DNA of 64,000 nt from Felis catus (lineage: Eukaryota). The DNA lies in contig NC_058368.1 of assembly GCF_018350175.1 (NCBI RefSeq), positions 53,632,001-53,696,000 of the forward strand, written 5' to 3'. Shown one piece after another: positions 25,079 through 36,574 of this stretch (the first letter of the stretch is position 1; each line of letters starts with the position of its first letter). The notes beneath the pieces are model-generated. The model saw only the letters and a program-made list of their open reading frames with translations. It was not told the origin of the DNA and made no database searches. The position numbers were made by a program, and so were the translations under genes.

Positions 25079-25220
25079 TCAGATAAAGGTCTTGAAAGAC
25101 AAGCGATGGAATAAAGCCTAGCAGTAAACGTCCAAAGACTTCTCTTGAGTTGCAGTGAGTCCGTCAATTAATCCTTTGTGGAATTCATCTTTTAGCTAGT
25201 GAAGATTTTCTAAGTGCTCT

Positions 25221-25860
25221 GTATTAGGGTTCTTTAGAGAACTACATATCTGTATGTACACACGCATACATATGCATACATATATATGGAGATTTATTAT
25301 AGGAGTCGGCTCATGTAGTCAAGGAAGCTGAGCAGTTCCTCAGTCCTGCTGTCTGCGATCTAGGGAACCGGGAAAGCCCATTGTATAATTCAGTCCAGAT
25401 CTGAAGGCCCCGGAATTAGAAGCCTATCCAAGGGTATGAGAAGATGGATGTCTCAATTTAGGCAGAGAACAAATCCTTCCTTCCTCTTTTTGTTTTATTC
25501 AGGCACTCAATGGATTGGATCATGTGCACCTACATTGGTGAAGGTGATCTTCACTCAGGCTAGTGATTGAAATGCTAATCTCTTCCAGAAACACCCTCAC
25601 AGACACACCCACAAATGTTTTACTGCCAATCAGGGCATCTCCTACTCCAGTCAGGTTGACACACAAAGTTCACCATCACAAGGTGCATCTCCTGTCGACT
25701 TGAGACCCATACCTACCTCCTAAGACCACACTTAATCTCTAAGACAATAAGGTGGTCATAGTTCCACCTAACATGACACAACTATCCTGTGCCCAACCCA
25801 AAACACGCTAACTCCTTCCTCAGAAGAGGAAGTAAAGTCCCTAAATGATATTTTCTCCTT
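25221..25860 (-). mobile_element. MLT2-type ERVL LTR (25221-25680) plus adjacent ERVL internal sequence
   Basis: tgtattagggttct...gagatttattataggagtcggctca...gctaatctcttccagaaacaccctcacagacacaccc...caccatcaca. Confidence 0.85.
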
Positions 25861-26129
25861 TCCTGAATTTTGGCAGGATCCATCTTTTTGTAATTTCTGG
25901 AGCCCTCCTTTTCTAACTTCTGCATCGTTTGCCAGACTCTGGTCTTTCTGTGCCTCTCCGATTCCCCGTGACTCCTACTGATACTAATCACAATTCCATG
26001 ACCACAATTGCACGTTCTTGTCACATAGAAACATATTTCTTCTGGACATAGATTGGAGTTGGGCAAGATTCAGGATTGCTGGGAGAGAGGTCAATAGTCT
26101 TAGGAAATGACCCTGCACAGCATACCCAC

Positions 26130-26325
26130 CAGGTTCTTAGTTGTAAGCAATGAGACATTTATTAAGAATATTGCTGGGGCGCCTGGGTGGCTCAGTCGGT
26201 TAAGTGTCTGACTTCGGCTCAGGTCGTGATCTTGGGGTTTGTGACTTTGAGCCCCGCGTTGGGTTCTGTGCTGACGGCTCAGAGCCTGGAGCCTGCTTCG
26301 GATTCTGCGTCTCTCTCTCTCTCTC

Positions 26326-26356
<31 letters not shown>

Positions 26357-26840
26357 CCCCCTCCCCTGCTTATGCTCTGTCTCTCTCTGTCTCAAAAAAT
26401 AAATAAAACATTAAAAAAATTAAAATAAAAAAAGGATGTTGCTTAGCTCACAGAGTCTCATGGCAAAACCATGAGAAGGTGGCTGCTCTCCCTCTGATCA
26501 TCAGAAGTGACAGTTTGCAGTGCAGCTGTTTCTGCATCAGGAATTTGAGCTTATAGTCTTTGCTACTATAGACATTGCCAGGGAGCGAGAATGTGAACTC
26601 CCCAGACCTTTGCTCTCCTGTGTCCTAGTTCCGGAATCTAAGTCTGGTGCTTTGATTGGCAGAGTCAGGGTTACATACTTCACCCTAGGGGCAAGGGAGG
26701 GCTGGGGAAATAAGTATCCAACATATTCAGCTTCTTGTGCTTTTGGATCTCAGCCAAGACTGAAGAAGTGAGGCATTCATTCCCCAAACATATAAAGGAG
26801 TTCAGATTCATCTATTTTGCGTGGCAGATGTCCACTACAG
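26130..26840 (-). mobile_element. MLT1-type MaLR LTR split by a SINE
   Basis: ggttcttagttgtaagcaa...tgattggcagagtcagggttaca...gatgtccactaca. Confidence 0.6.
26176..26432 (+). mobile_element. Can-SINE with expanded (CT)n
   Basis: ggggcgcctgggtggctcagtcggttaag head; A tail. Confidence 0.93.
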
Positions 26841-27988
26841 ACAGAAAAAAGAAATTCCAGCTACAACATCTTCTTTGTCTAGGATCATCTATGTAAGTGA
26901 AAGCAGGCAGCCCATAAAATCTTGATATTCTCTGCAGTTATCTTGAGAGAGAACACCACCCCCAGGGTTCATATGTAGAACGTGAGATTTGCAAAGTCTG
27001 TTACCTGTCTGAAGTCACACAATCACAAGATAGCAGAACTCAAGTCTTGCTTAAAAAAATCTATGTTCTCTCCAATGTGCTCTTCTGAGAGGGTTCTTTT
27101 GTATGTAGACACATATGTATGACGTAGATATTGGCACTAACAATCTAGCAGTTTTAAACACCTACAAAGGACTGATAATTTCATTGAAATCACTTCTAAT
27201 TTTGCCAACAGTCTTTATAGATATCATTAGGCTCTTTTTATAGGAGTTTGAAAAAATTGAGATTCGGTGGTATGTAACTCAATGGGCATGTATTGAAAGA
27301 TGCAGAATATAATTTTTTAATGCTTATGTGCTTCTTAAAATTAATATTTTTACAACTTTTTCCATCTGATCAATTAGAGTTATATCTTGAAGTGTTATTT
27401 CATCTTACAAGGAAAATGTCATAATTCTGAAATTAAAAATTTTTCCAAACATGTTAACATTTTGTTGTTTATGAAATTGGAAAAATATTTTAGAGGAAGG
27501 ATAATCTCTACTTTTGTCTAGAAGTATGTTTATTATTTGATACATATATTTAATCGCAAAAATAATAAATGCGTGGGAATAAAAAAACACAAATATATAG
27601 AGGGTAAACATTCCTGCTCTCTCCAGAGATAATTACATAAAATCATTCTGGCTTCAGCACTTCTGGGAATTATTTGATATATTTAATAATATGCTTATAA
27701 AATAGGCCCTATTTCTTCATCAGCTTTAAACATTTCTTTTATAAAATAGGAAGAATTTAGCTAATTAGTTTCTCCTATCTTTTCCTCTTCACCATATTTT
27801 TATTATATTTGGCATACTGTGTATTCTATTAAATTTCCTTTATAACTTAATAATCTCTGAAACTTCTCCATCTTTTAACTTCAGTTTGCTCCTTCTCTTA
27901 CATTTTATCCTTCTTTTCTGGATCTTTGTGTCTCTTAGCTGTATCTTTTTACATTGCTAACGTTTACAAATGTTGCATTTTGTTCTGA

Positions 27989-28098
27989 TTTATTTATTTA
28001 GTTCTTATTTAAGTAATCTCTATACCCAACAAGGGGCTCAAACTCATGACCCTGAGATCAAGAGTCTCACACTCGACCGACTGAACCAGCCAGGTACC
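27989..28098 (-). mobile_element. Short older Can-SINE variant
   Basis: taatctctatacccaac..ggggctcaaactcatgaccctgagatcaagagtc. Confidence 0.85.
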
Positions 28099-28392
28099 TG
28101 CTCTGTATTATTTAGTCTTCTGTGCCTTCACAGTAGGTTTATTTTTAAAATTGAAAAACAATAAATATTTGCTATTTTTGTTAATAGCCCAACAATAAGG
28201 AAAGGAATGAGTTGTCACAGAACCTGTACCACTCAAAGAATTGAAGTTAGTGGTAAATGGGTTCTCTCCTACCTCATAAAATGCTCAAAATCTTTTCACA
28301 GTTAAGTTTACATTGGATATAGACTATGATATTCTTGTTTCAGCTTCCCCCCCCCCCCACCCCCCCGAATTAAGAAAAGAAACATCTACTTT

Positions 28393-28590
28393 TGGGTGGC
28401 TCAGTCAGTTGTATGTCTGATGTTGGCTCAGGTCATGATCTCTCAGTTCGTGAGTTCAAGCCCCATAGGCCATCAGGGGCTTTGGATCCTGCTTTGGATC
28501 CTCTGTCTGCCACCCTCCCCCCGCCCCCCCCCTCCCCCCACCTTGTGCATGTGTGCTCTCTCTCAAAAATAAACATTAAAAAAGAAAAAA
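28393..28590 (+). mobile_element. Can-SINE
   Basis: TSD aaaagaaacatctacttt on both sides. Confidence 0.88.
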
Positions 28591-29995
28591 GAAACATCTA
28601 CTTTCATCTCATTAGCAAGAGTTCAACTTCTTCATATGATATATTTAAATGAATTGTCTTTCGTTCTGAACGCCTGCCCCTTGGCTTTAACTGACTTGCT
28701 GTTGAGGAGAGAGCAGCAAGGTGGAGCTTCTCCCTCCCGGAAATAACACACTGAGTGGAATTTTACCCCTGGGGATGATGCAGTTTCTCTAGCAAACTCA
28801 TCTCTGCTTTAGTGTCAGTGCATGCGCTCCTGCCACGTTTCTGCGTGCGTGGAGGAGACGTGTGTGCAGAGGTGACCTGGCCCAGCGGTCGCCACACTGC
28901 CCTGTTACCAGTCCGTTGATGACTGCCTCTCATTCCCGCTTTCTAAATCTGCCACACCTGCCCTAACAGTCAAGAGGAAAGGTTCCCGCATCTGTTTGGT
29001 CTTTGCACTTCAGCTTCCTCCACTCGGGCTACCTGGAAATAAGATTCCCATGGGTTATCTCACTTCTGGTAATTTGTCATTTCTCTGGTATGCTGATAGG
29101 ATTTCCGCCCTCTCAGCACTGTGATGAATTTATTCCTTTTTTACATCATTACTGACATTTCACTGGAATTTTGAGAAAAATAGTTAACTTATGTAACAGG
29201 TTTGTTATCTTGAACCAAAAGCTCTCCTATTTCTGTTTTTTAATTGCAATTAGGGCACACTACTTGAGACTTTAAGAAAAAGTTGTAGTTATTATGCCTT
29301 GAATATGGATGCAAGCATGAGTATAATGTATTTTATAAAGGGTTTGATTTATAATTTAGCCGAAAGGTAAACCTAAAAGGCAAATTTCAGTTACTTGAAT
29401 GTTTGCTCAACCACCCCATTCTTGAGAGATTCCAGCTATATGTAGCATCACTGAATTTTGTTATGATTTATTTTGTCCTAGAACTTGGAAGGTGTTTTGT
29501 CTTTATGGATTTTAAATGTCATACCTGTGTAATCATCTGTCCTTCTCTCTTGGGTGGCTTTTTAGTCACTTTGCCTCTGGTCTTTAGTGATTTCACTGCA
29601 GTATGCCTGGGGTGGATTTATTTATATGTATCCTGCTCGGGATTAAACATGATCTTGGAATCTTATGACTCATGTCTTTCATAAACCCTGGAAAATTCTA
29701 TTTCTATCACATTATTGCCTCTCTGACATTATCTCTATTCTCTTGTTTTAAAAATAACGTAGGACCTATTTTGGATTTTCTCATTCTGCCTCTGGGTCTC
29801 TTTTTCATCTACTTTCTGTGCCAAATAAGAGTAATTTCTTCAGCTGTATCTGTCATTTCCAATGTTCTCTTTAGCTGGGTCACTTCTACATTAAACTTAC
29901 TCATTTAGTTTTACGTTTTGATGGGGATTAAAAAACATTCTGAAACTTGCATTTGGTTCTTTTTCAAAGTTGCTCTGTCTTAATGTGTCATTTTT

Positions 29996-30195
29996 TTAAA
30001 GTTTATTTTATTTTGAGAGAAAGAGAGTGTGCAAGCAGGGGAGGGGCAGAGAGAGGAGAGAAGGAATCAATCCCAAGCAGGCTCTGCACTGTCAGGGCGG
30101 AGACTGACACGGGGCTCCATCACACGAACTGCAAGATCAAGGCCTGAGCCATGGTCAGGAGTCTCGGATGTTTAACCGAGCCACCAGGTGCCCCC
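29996..30195 (-). mobile_element. Can-SINE
   Basis: TSD ttaatgtgtcattttt. Confidence 0.9.
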
Positions 30196-31081
30196 TTAAT
30201 GTGTCATTTTTAATGTTTTTGAGTCTTTCTATTATGTGTTTAGTCAACTTGAACATACTCAGTTCCTAGTTTGTATCAGAGTCCTATTTGGATTTTCTGA
30301 GCATGGAGATCCTAGTAATACTGCTAGCCTTACTGCCTCTTGTTCACATGGTTGTTCTGCATTCTGTGATTCTGGACTGTGACTTCATCAAGAGCAGAGC
30401 TTCATCTGTGAGAATCCGGGTCTGAAGACCTGTCCTTCTAGAAGAGCTCTGGGTTTGTTTGCACCAGGTGTCCCAAGCTTAGTACTGATTTTTTGTTGAT
30501 TTTTAATGTTAATTTTTCATTCTAGGATTCCCAGATGCCATGAATATTATAATTTCAAGTCCCAAACCCATGGGAGTTATTACCCCCTGATGAGGAATGC
30601 TCAGAGGAGATTATTCTTCCTATCCAGAGTCTAGACTGAGATCGTCATGGTTTCTTGCGGTCTTCTTGTGTTATGGGGTGGATTATTATTCTCTCACTGT
30701 TAGAGAGATTATAGTCTTGTGAGTGCCCTGATGTTATATGAGGTTCTTACAATTTCTTGCTGCTTGCAAGCCCAGGTCATATTTTCTGTCTGCAAAGTAG
30801 GCATTAGAATTCAGACTCTTAGAAACGGACATGAGCACACACAACTCCATAGAGGTAGTCAGTTTAAAAAGTTACCATTTTGGTTTTCAATTTTTTCTCT
30901 ATGCATTTTTGGTGTGTCAAAGCTCCACCTATTTCCCCACAAATTTGCCTTGTGTGTTAAAGGATGCAGGTGGCGTTTAGCCAGAATTTCTAGGTGTTTT
31001 GCAATTGGAGGTTGGTCATTTCTATCTTTTTTTGCAGATTGTCTTTTCTGGCATTTTTCAGGAGAAGGAAGTGTGTCATTA

Positions 31082-31311
31082 TTTTTTTATTTTTATTTTT
31101 TCTTTACTGTTTTTTTATTTCTTTTTGAGAGACAGGGACAAGCAGGGAAGGGACAGAGAGAGAGAGAGAGAGGGAGACACAGAATCTGAAGCAGGCTCCA
31201 GACTCGGAGCTGTCAGCACAGAAACCAATGCGGGGCTCAAACCCACCAACCATGTGATCATAACCTGAGCTGAAGTTGGATGCTTAACTGACTGAGCCAT
31301 CCAGGTGCCCC
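31082..31311 (-). mobile_element. Can-SINE
   Basis: Head, (GA)n, T tail. Confidence 0.92.
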
Positions 31312-32080
31312 AAGAAAGTGTGTTATGTACTTTTAAATAAGTAACTTTTAAATTACATAAAAAACCATAGTTTCAAAAGAATAGTTTTCCTTCTAAAATT
31401 GTTTTAATCTTGTCATCTTCATGTCCTCTCTTTTTTGAATTAAAATTGTATTCTGAAGAAGAAATGAGCAGCAAAATATCAAATTTGAAATCATGACAAT
31501 TTCAGCAGTTTTAATGGTGATACATTCTTGGCAAAATATCCGTAGTTATTTCAATTGTGAATTACTTTAATAAATCCCTTCCCATATGGAAGAAGACAGC
31601 CTCATTTTTTTTAAACAAGGCATATTTTTAAAATTACAATAATGTTTTTAACAGCTTTATTGAGCTATAACCAACACACAAAAAGCTGCACGTACCTAAA
31701 GTATATATGACTTAATACGTCTTTGACCTATCCATGCACTGTGAAACCATCATAATCAAGATGGTGAAGCTATTCATCACCCCCAAAATTTTTTCGTCCG
31801 CCTTGGTAATTTCTTATTCCAGCCCCTACCCATGACTTGACTCTGTGTCCAGGCAACTACTGATCTGCTTAGTGGTACTATAGATGAGTGTGAATTTTCT
31901 AAAGTTAATAAGGAGATACAGTAAATACTCTTTTATATCTCTCTTCTTTCCCTCAGCACAGTTATTTTGAGATTTGTGTTCTGTGTCAGTAGTTTATTCT
32001 TTTTATTGACAAGTAGTATTCTATCATACTAATATATCACAATTTGTTATCCATTCACCTGTTGATGAGCGTTGGATGTC

Positions 32081-32111
32081 TTTTTTTTTTTAATTATTTT
32101 AATGTTTATTT

Positions 32112-32151
<40 letters not shown>

Positions 32152-32316
32152 TGTGAGTGGGGGAGGGGCAGGGAGAAAGGGAGACAGAATCCAGAACAGG
32201 CTCCAGGCTCCGAGCTGTCAGCACAGAGCCTGATGTGGGGCTCAAACTCACAAACCGTGAGATCATGACCTGAGCCGTAGTCGGACGCCCAAATGACGGA
32301 GCCACCGAGGTGCCCC
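32081..32316 (-). mobile_element. Can-SINE
   Basis: Head, (GA)n, T tail. Confidence 0.92.
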
Positions 32317-32972
32317 TCATTTGACGTCTTTCTGGTTTGGGGCTCCAAAATTAAAGCTGCTATAAACATTTATGTATAAGTCTTTGTAAGAACATATGGA
32401 GATAGCAAGCATATCCATTGGCTGTAAAATGTGAGAAAAAGGAGTCAAGAATGGCTTCAAGATTTCTGGTGTGAGCAATAGCAATAATGTACTTGCCACG
32501 GATTGAGCTGCAGGAAAGACAGGTTTTGTTGTGGGTGGGTGTGAATAGGATTCAGTGGTTTGGTTTTTGACATACTGAGTTCAAGATCTCAATTAGAAAT
32601 CTAGATAGGAATAAGTTCTTGGATGACTAAGTCTGATTATTGTTAGCTTGGTATATATTTTTCTTTAATCTGTATGCATCTTTATATTTAAGGGGGGGTT
32701 TCTTGTAGACAACATATAGTTGTGTCTTGTTTTTTTTTTTTTTTTTTAATGATCCAATCGACAGTGTCTTGTAATTGGTGCATTTAGAGCATTGATGTTC
32801 AAAATGGTTATTAATATATTTGGGTTAATATCTGCCATATTCACTACTGTTTACCATTTGTTGCCCTTGTTCTTTTTTTTGTTTTTGTTTTTGTCTTTTT
32901 CTGTTTTTTTGTGGTGTTAAATGTGTATTTTATGATTCCATTTTCTCTCCTTTCTTTACGTACTGATTATGC

Positions 32973-32974
<2 letters not shown>

Positions 32975-33020
<46 letters not shown>

Positions 33021-33021
33021 T
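32975..33021. repeat. (TG)n microsatellite
   Basis: Direct reading. Confidence 0.95.
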
Positions 33022-33355
33022 GGTTGCCCTAGAGTTTGCAATACATATCAAAGCTAATCTAAGTTTACTTTTAAATAACTGAGTACTGTGAATACTTTAT
33101 CAGTACAAAATAATCCCAATCCCTCCTTCTTATTCCTTGTATCATTGCTTTTATTTATTCACTTATATATAAGCGTGCCTAGTAGATACACACATGAGAC
33201 ATACACATAAGCATATATAATCAATTACATGGTTGGTGTTCTAACAAACTGTTATCTGCTAGATCAGTGAATAAGTTTTTATTTCACTTATTCCTTCTTT
33301 GATGCTTTTTGTTATTTTATGTAGATCTGAATCTCTGACTTAGATTATCTTCTTT

Positions 33356-33577
33356 TAAAAAATTTTTTTTTCCAATGTTTTTATTTATTTTTGGGACAGA
33401 GAGAGACAGAGCATGAACGGGGGAGGGGCAGAGAGAGAGGGAGACACAGAATCGGAAACAGGCTCCAGGCTCCGAGCCATCAGCCCAGAGCCTGACACGG
33501 GGCTCGAACTCACGGACCGCGAGATCGTGACCTGGCTGAAGTCGGACGCTTAACCGACTGCGCCACCCAGGCGCCCC
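33356..33577 (-). mobile_element. Young felid Can-SINE (SINEC_Fc type)
   Basis: CpG-intact body; perfect 15-bp TSD tagattatcttcttt 33341-33355 / 33578-33592. Confidence 0.96.
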
Positions 33578-34061
33578 TAGATTATCTTCTTTCTGAAGAA
33601 CTTTAACATTTCTTACAAGACGGGTCTACTGGTAACAAATTCCCTCAATTTCTGTCTGAAAAAGTCCTTATTTCTCCTCCACATTTGAAGAATAATTTCA
33701 CCAGGGACAGAATTCTATGGTGGTGGGTTTTTTTTTTTCTTCCTACCACTTTAAATTTCTCATCCCACTCTCTTGCTTATGTGGTTTATAAGGGGAAGTT
33801 GGATGTAATTCTTACTCTACAGGTGTTTTCTAAACTCTGGCTTCTTTCAGGATTTTTTCTTTAATCTCTGATTTTCTGTAGTTTGAAAATGAGATGGCTA
33901 GGGGTAGGGTTTTTTGTGTGTTTTGTTTTAGGGTTTTTTTGTTTGTTTTTGCTTATATTGTGTTTAGTATGCTTGGAGCCTCCTGGATTTATGATTTGCT
34001 GTCTGACATTAACTTGGGGGAATTCTCAGACATTACTGGTTTTTTTGTTTGTTTTTTTTTT

Positions 34062-34264
34062 CAACGTTTATTTATTTTTGGGACAGAGAGAGACAGAGCA
34101 TGAACGGGGGAGGGGCAGAGAGAGAGGGAGACACAGAATCGGAAATAGGCTCCAGGCTCTGAGCCATCAGCCCAGAGCCCGACGCGGGGCTCGAACTCAC
34201 GGACTGCGAGATCGTGACCTGGCTGAAGTCGGACGTCCAACCGACTGCGCCACCCAGGCGCCCC
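34062..34264 (-). mobile_element. Young felid Can-SINE inserted in the tail of an older SINE (34265-34470, minus)
   Basis: CpG-intact; TSD tgtttgtttttttttt 34046-34061 / 34265-34280. Confidence 0.95.
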
Positions 34265-34577
34265 TGTTTGTTTTTTTTTTAAGAGAGAAAGCGCACAAAG
34301 TGGCGAGGGGCAGAGGGTGGTGGTGGTGGGGGTGGAGGGAAAGAGAATCTTAAGCAGGCTCCACGTTCAGCATGGAGCCTGACAAGGGGTTCAATTCCAT
34401 AACCCTGGGATCATGACCAGAGTCAAAATCAAGAGTTGGACCCTCAACCGACTGAGCCACCCAGGCACCCTAGTCATTATTGTTTTAAACATTGCTTCCC
34501 TTCCTTTCTTGCTTCTCTCTTGGCTATTCTTTTACATAATAGTGTTTGTAGTTGTCCCTTAGAGTTTGGATACTCTT

Positions 34578-34613
34578 CCCCCCCCCCGCCCCCCCCCCCC
34601 CCCCCCCCCCCCC
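34578..34613. repeat. Poly-C tract (~36 nt, one interruption)
   Basis: Direct reading. Confidence 0.95.
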
Positions 34614-35809
34614 GCTCCAGTCTTTACTGTATTTCAATTTTTGAGAATTCTGTTGATGTATCCTCAAGCTCAGATTCCTTTCTCTGTGTGTCCAGTCTAC
34701 CAATAAGCCCACCCAAGGCACTCTTCATCTTCGTTTCTTTTACAGTGTTTACCTCCACAAGTTCTTTTCTGTTCTTTCTTAGGAGTTCCTTCTCGGCTTA
34801 CATTGCCCATCTGTTCTTTGATGCTGTTTACTTTGTCCATTACAGCCCTTGGCACATTAATGATAGTTGTTTTAAATTCCTGGTCCTGCCATGTCTGGTC
34901 CTAATGCTTGTTCTCGTTCTTCAGATTGTGGGTTTTTTGTTTTTTTTTTTTTTTGCCTTTTGGTATGCTTTGGTAATTTCTTCTTGACAGCTAGACATGA
35001 TGTAGTGGGTAAAAGGAACTGCCGTAAATAGGCTTTAGAATGGTAGTGGTGAAGTGTAGGGGGCAGGAAAGCATTTCTAGAATCCTGTGATTAGTTCTCA
35101 GTGTTTTGTAAGCCTGTATCTCTGGACTGTGAGCCTCACAAGTGTTTCCCACTTTTTTTTTTTAATCTCCCCTCTTCAGTAGGAAAGGATAGCTACAGTG
35201 GGTTAAAGTTTGGTACCCATATTTCCCTTTCCCGGGCTTCACTTAGATTCTGCTAATACCCCAGCTGATGAGGCTCTGGTTAAATAGCTTCCCCTGAGGG
35301 CAGGCCTTGTTAAGAAGAACAAAGTAGTCCGGCATATTTCAAAATGGTGCTTCCCCCTTTCCCTGTTGGAAGCCTGAGGAGATTTTTCTCTGCTATTTAT
35401 AGGCTGGGTGAGCTCCTGCAGGTAAATTTCATACTGTTATAAGTTCCCCCCTCCTCGTGATTGGATTCTCTTAGGGTTTTTAACATTCATGTGTCCACAC
35501 TGAGGCTGCAGCAGGTCGTCAATGATAGTGCAGGTGTCTATACTCGGTACCAGTTCCTGCAGAGCTTTCTGCTCTAGTAAGAAATAACTCTTCATATTCT
35601 TGTCTCTCCAATCTTGGGGGCAGCGGGCTCTGCCTGGTATCCTCCCCAGTCTTACAGTGTTAAAGAGAGTTGCTGATTTTTCGGTACGTCTGACTTTTTA
35701 CTTGTTACATGCAGAATCATAAAATGGAAGTCAGATGAGAGTCTGAAGTTCAGGGGTGAGGTCAGAGCTTGAAATATGAAGTTGAGAGTTGTCAGAATGT
35801 TATTTAAAG

Positions 35810-36215
35810 TGGCAGTGGGTGGAATAATGGCCTTCCAAAGATGTCTACATCCTAACCCCCAAAACCTGTGAATATGTTAGCTGGCATGGAAGAAGGGACT
35901 TTGCACGTGTTATTCAGTTAAGGATCTGGAGATCGGCAGATTGTCCTGAATTGTCCTTGTGAACCAATGTAATCACAGGGGTCCTTAATAAAAGGGCCAG
36001 GGTCAGGGAGAGGGAGAAGAGGAAAGGGAGAAGAAACAGATGGGAGAGAGACACTGGAGGGTGCTGTGCTGCTGGCTTTGGAGATGGAGGGGAAGGGACG
36101 ATGAGGCAAGGAAGGCAGGCAGCCTCTAGAAGATGGGAAAGGCAAGGAAACAGCTTTTCACCTGGAGCCTCCAGAAGGAACACAGCTCTGCTGACACCTT
36201 GAGTTTAGCCTAGTG
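35810..36215 (+). mobile_element. MLT1C/D-type MaLR LTR, 3'-truncated
   Basis: gaataatggcc..ccaaagatgtc.acatcctaa..ccc..aacctgtgaatatgtta; gcctctagaag.tggaaaggcaaggaaacag; gagcctccagaaggaacacagc. Confidence 0.85.
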
Positions 36216-36380
36216 TCTACTTTGTAAACCTTTCGTCAGTATTTAAACACTTTTGCTCAATACATTCAGAACATTTGAATTTGTATTATCTTGACAGTCA
36301 ATCAAATAGTAAGACTTGAATTCTTTCTCTTGCCAGTGGACCTGAGAGTTGTACATAATGATGTGAAAATAAGCAAAACT

Positions 36381-36574
36381 TAAAATTTTTTATTTATTTA
36401 TTTATTTTTGAGGTGGGGGGAGGGCAGGGAGAGAGGGAGACACAGAATCTAAAGCAGGCTCCAGGCTCTGAGCTGTCAGCACAGAGCCCGACACGGGGCT
36501 GGAACTCATGAACCATGAGACCATGACCTGAGCCGAAGTTGGATACTTAACCGACTGAGCCACCCAGGCGCTCC
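36381..36574 (-). mobile_element. Can-SINE
   Basis: TSD taagcaaaac. Confidence 0.92.

Larger units (their letters stand above)
27650..32400 (-). mobile_element. Degraded L1M fragments (5'/ORF1 and 3' pieces) interrupted by SINEs
   Basis: Antisense L1 motifs (ctggaaaattc, cagctttattgagctataa, tccattcacctgttgatg). Confidence 0.55.
32640..35735 (-). mobile_element. L1M (MC/MD-like) 5'/ORF1/ORF2-start fragment, antisense, with SINE insertions
   Basis: tcttgtagacaacatatagttg, ctactggtaacaaattccctcaa, gtccagtctaccaataagccca, caaaatggaagtc terminus. Confidence 0.8.

Noticed and set aside
33883..34353. 156-aa ORF and the many MAQSVK.../ERERE... ORFs
   Set aside because: Translations of Can-SINE bodies and their (CT)n/(GA)n tracts
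34436..34987. Longest ORF in the track (183 aa)
   Set aside because: Spans a SINE head, the poly-C tract and antisense L1; low-complexity F/S/L/P composition; no gene context
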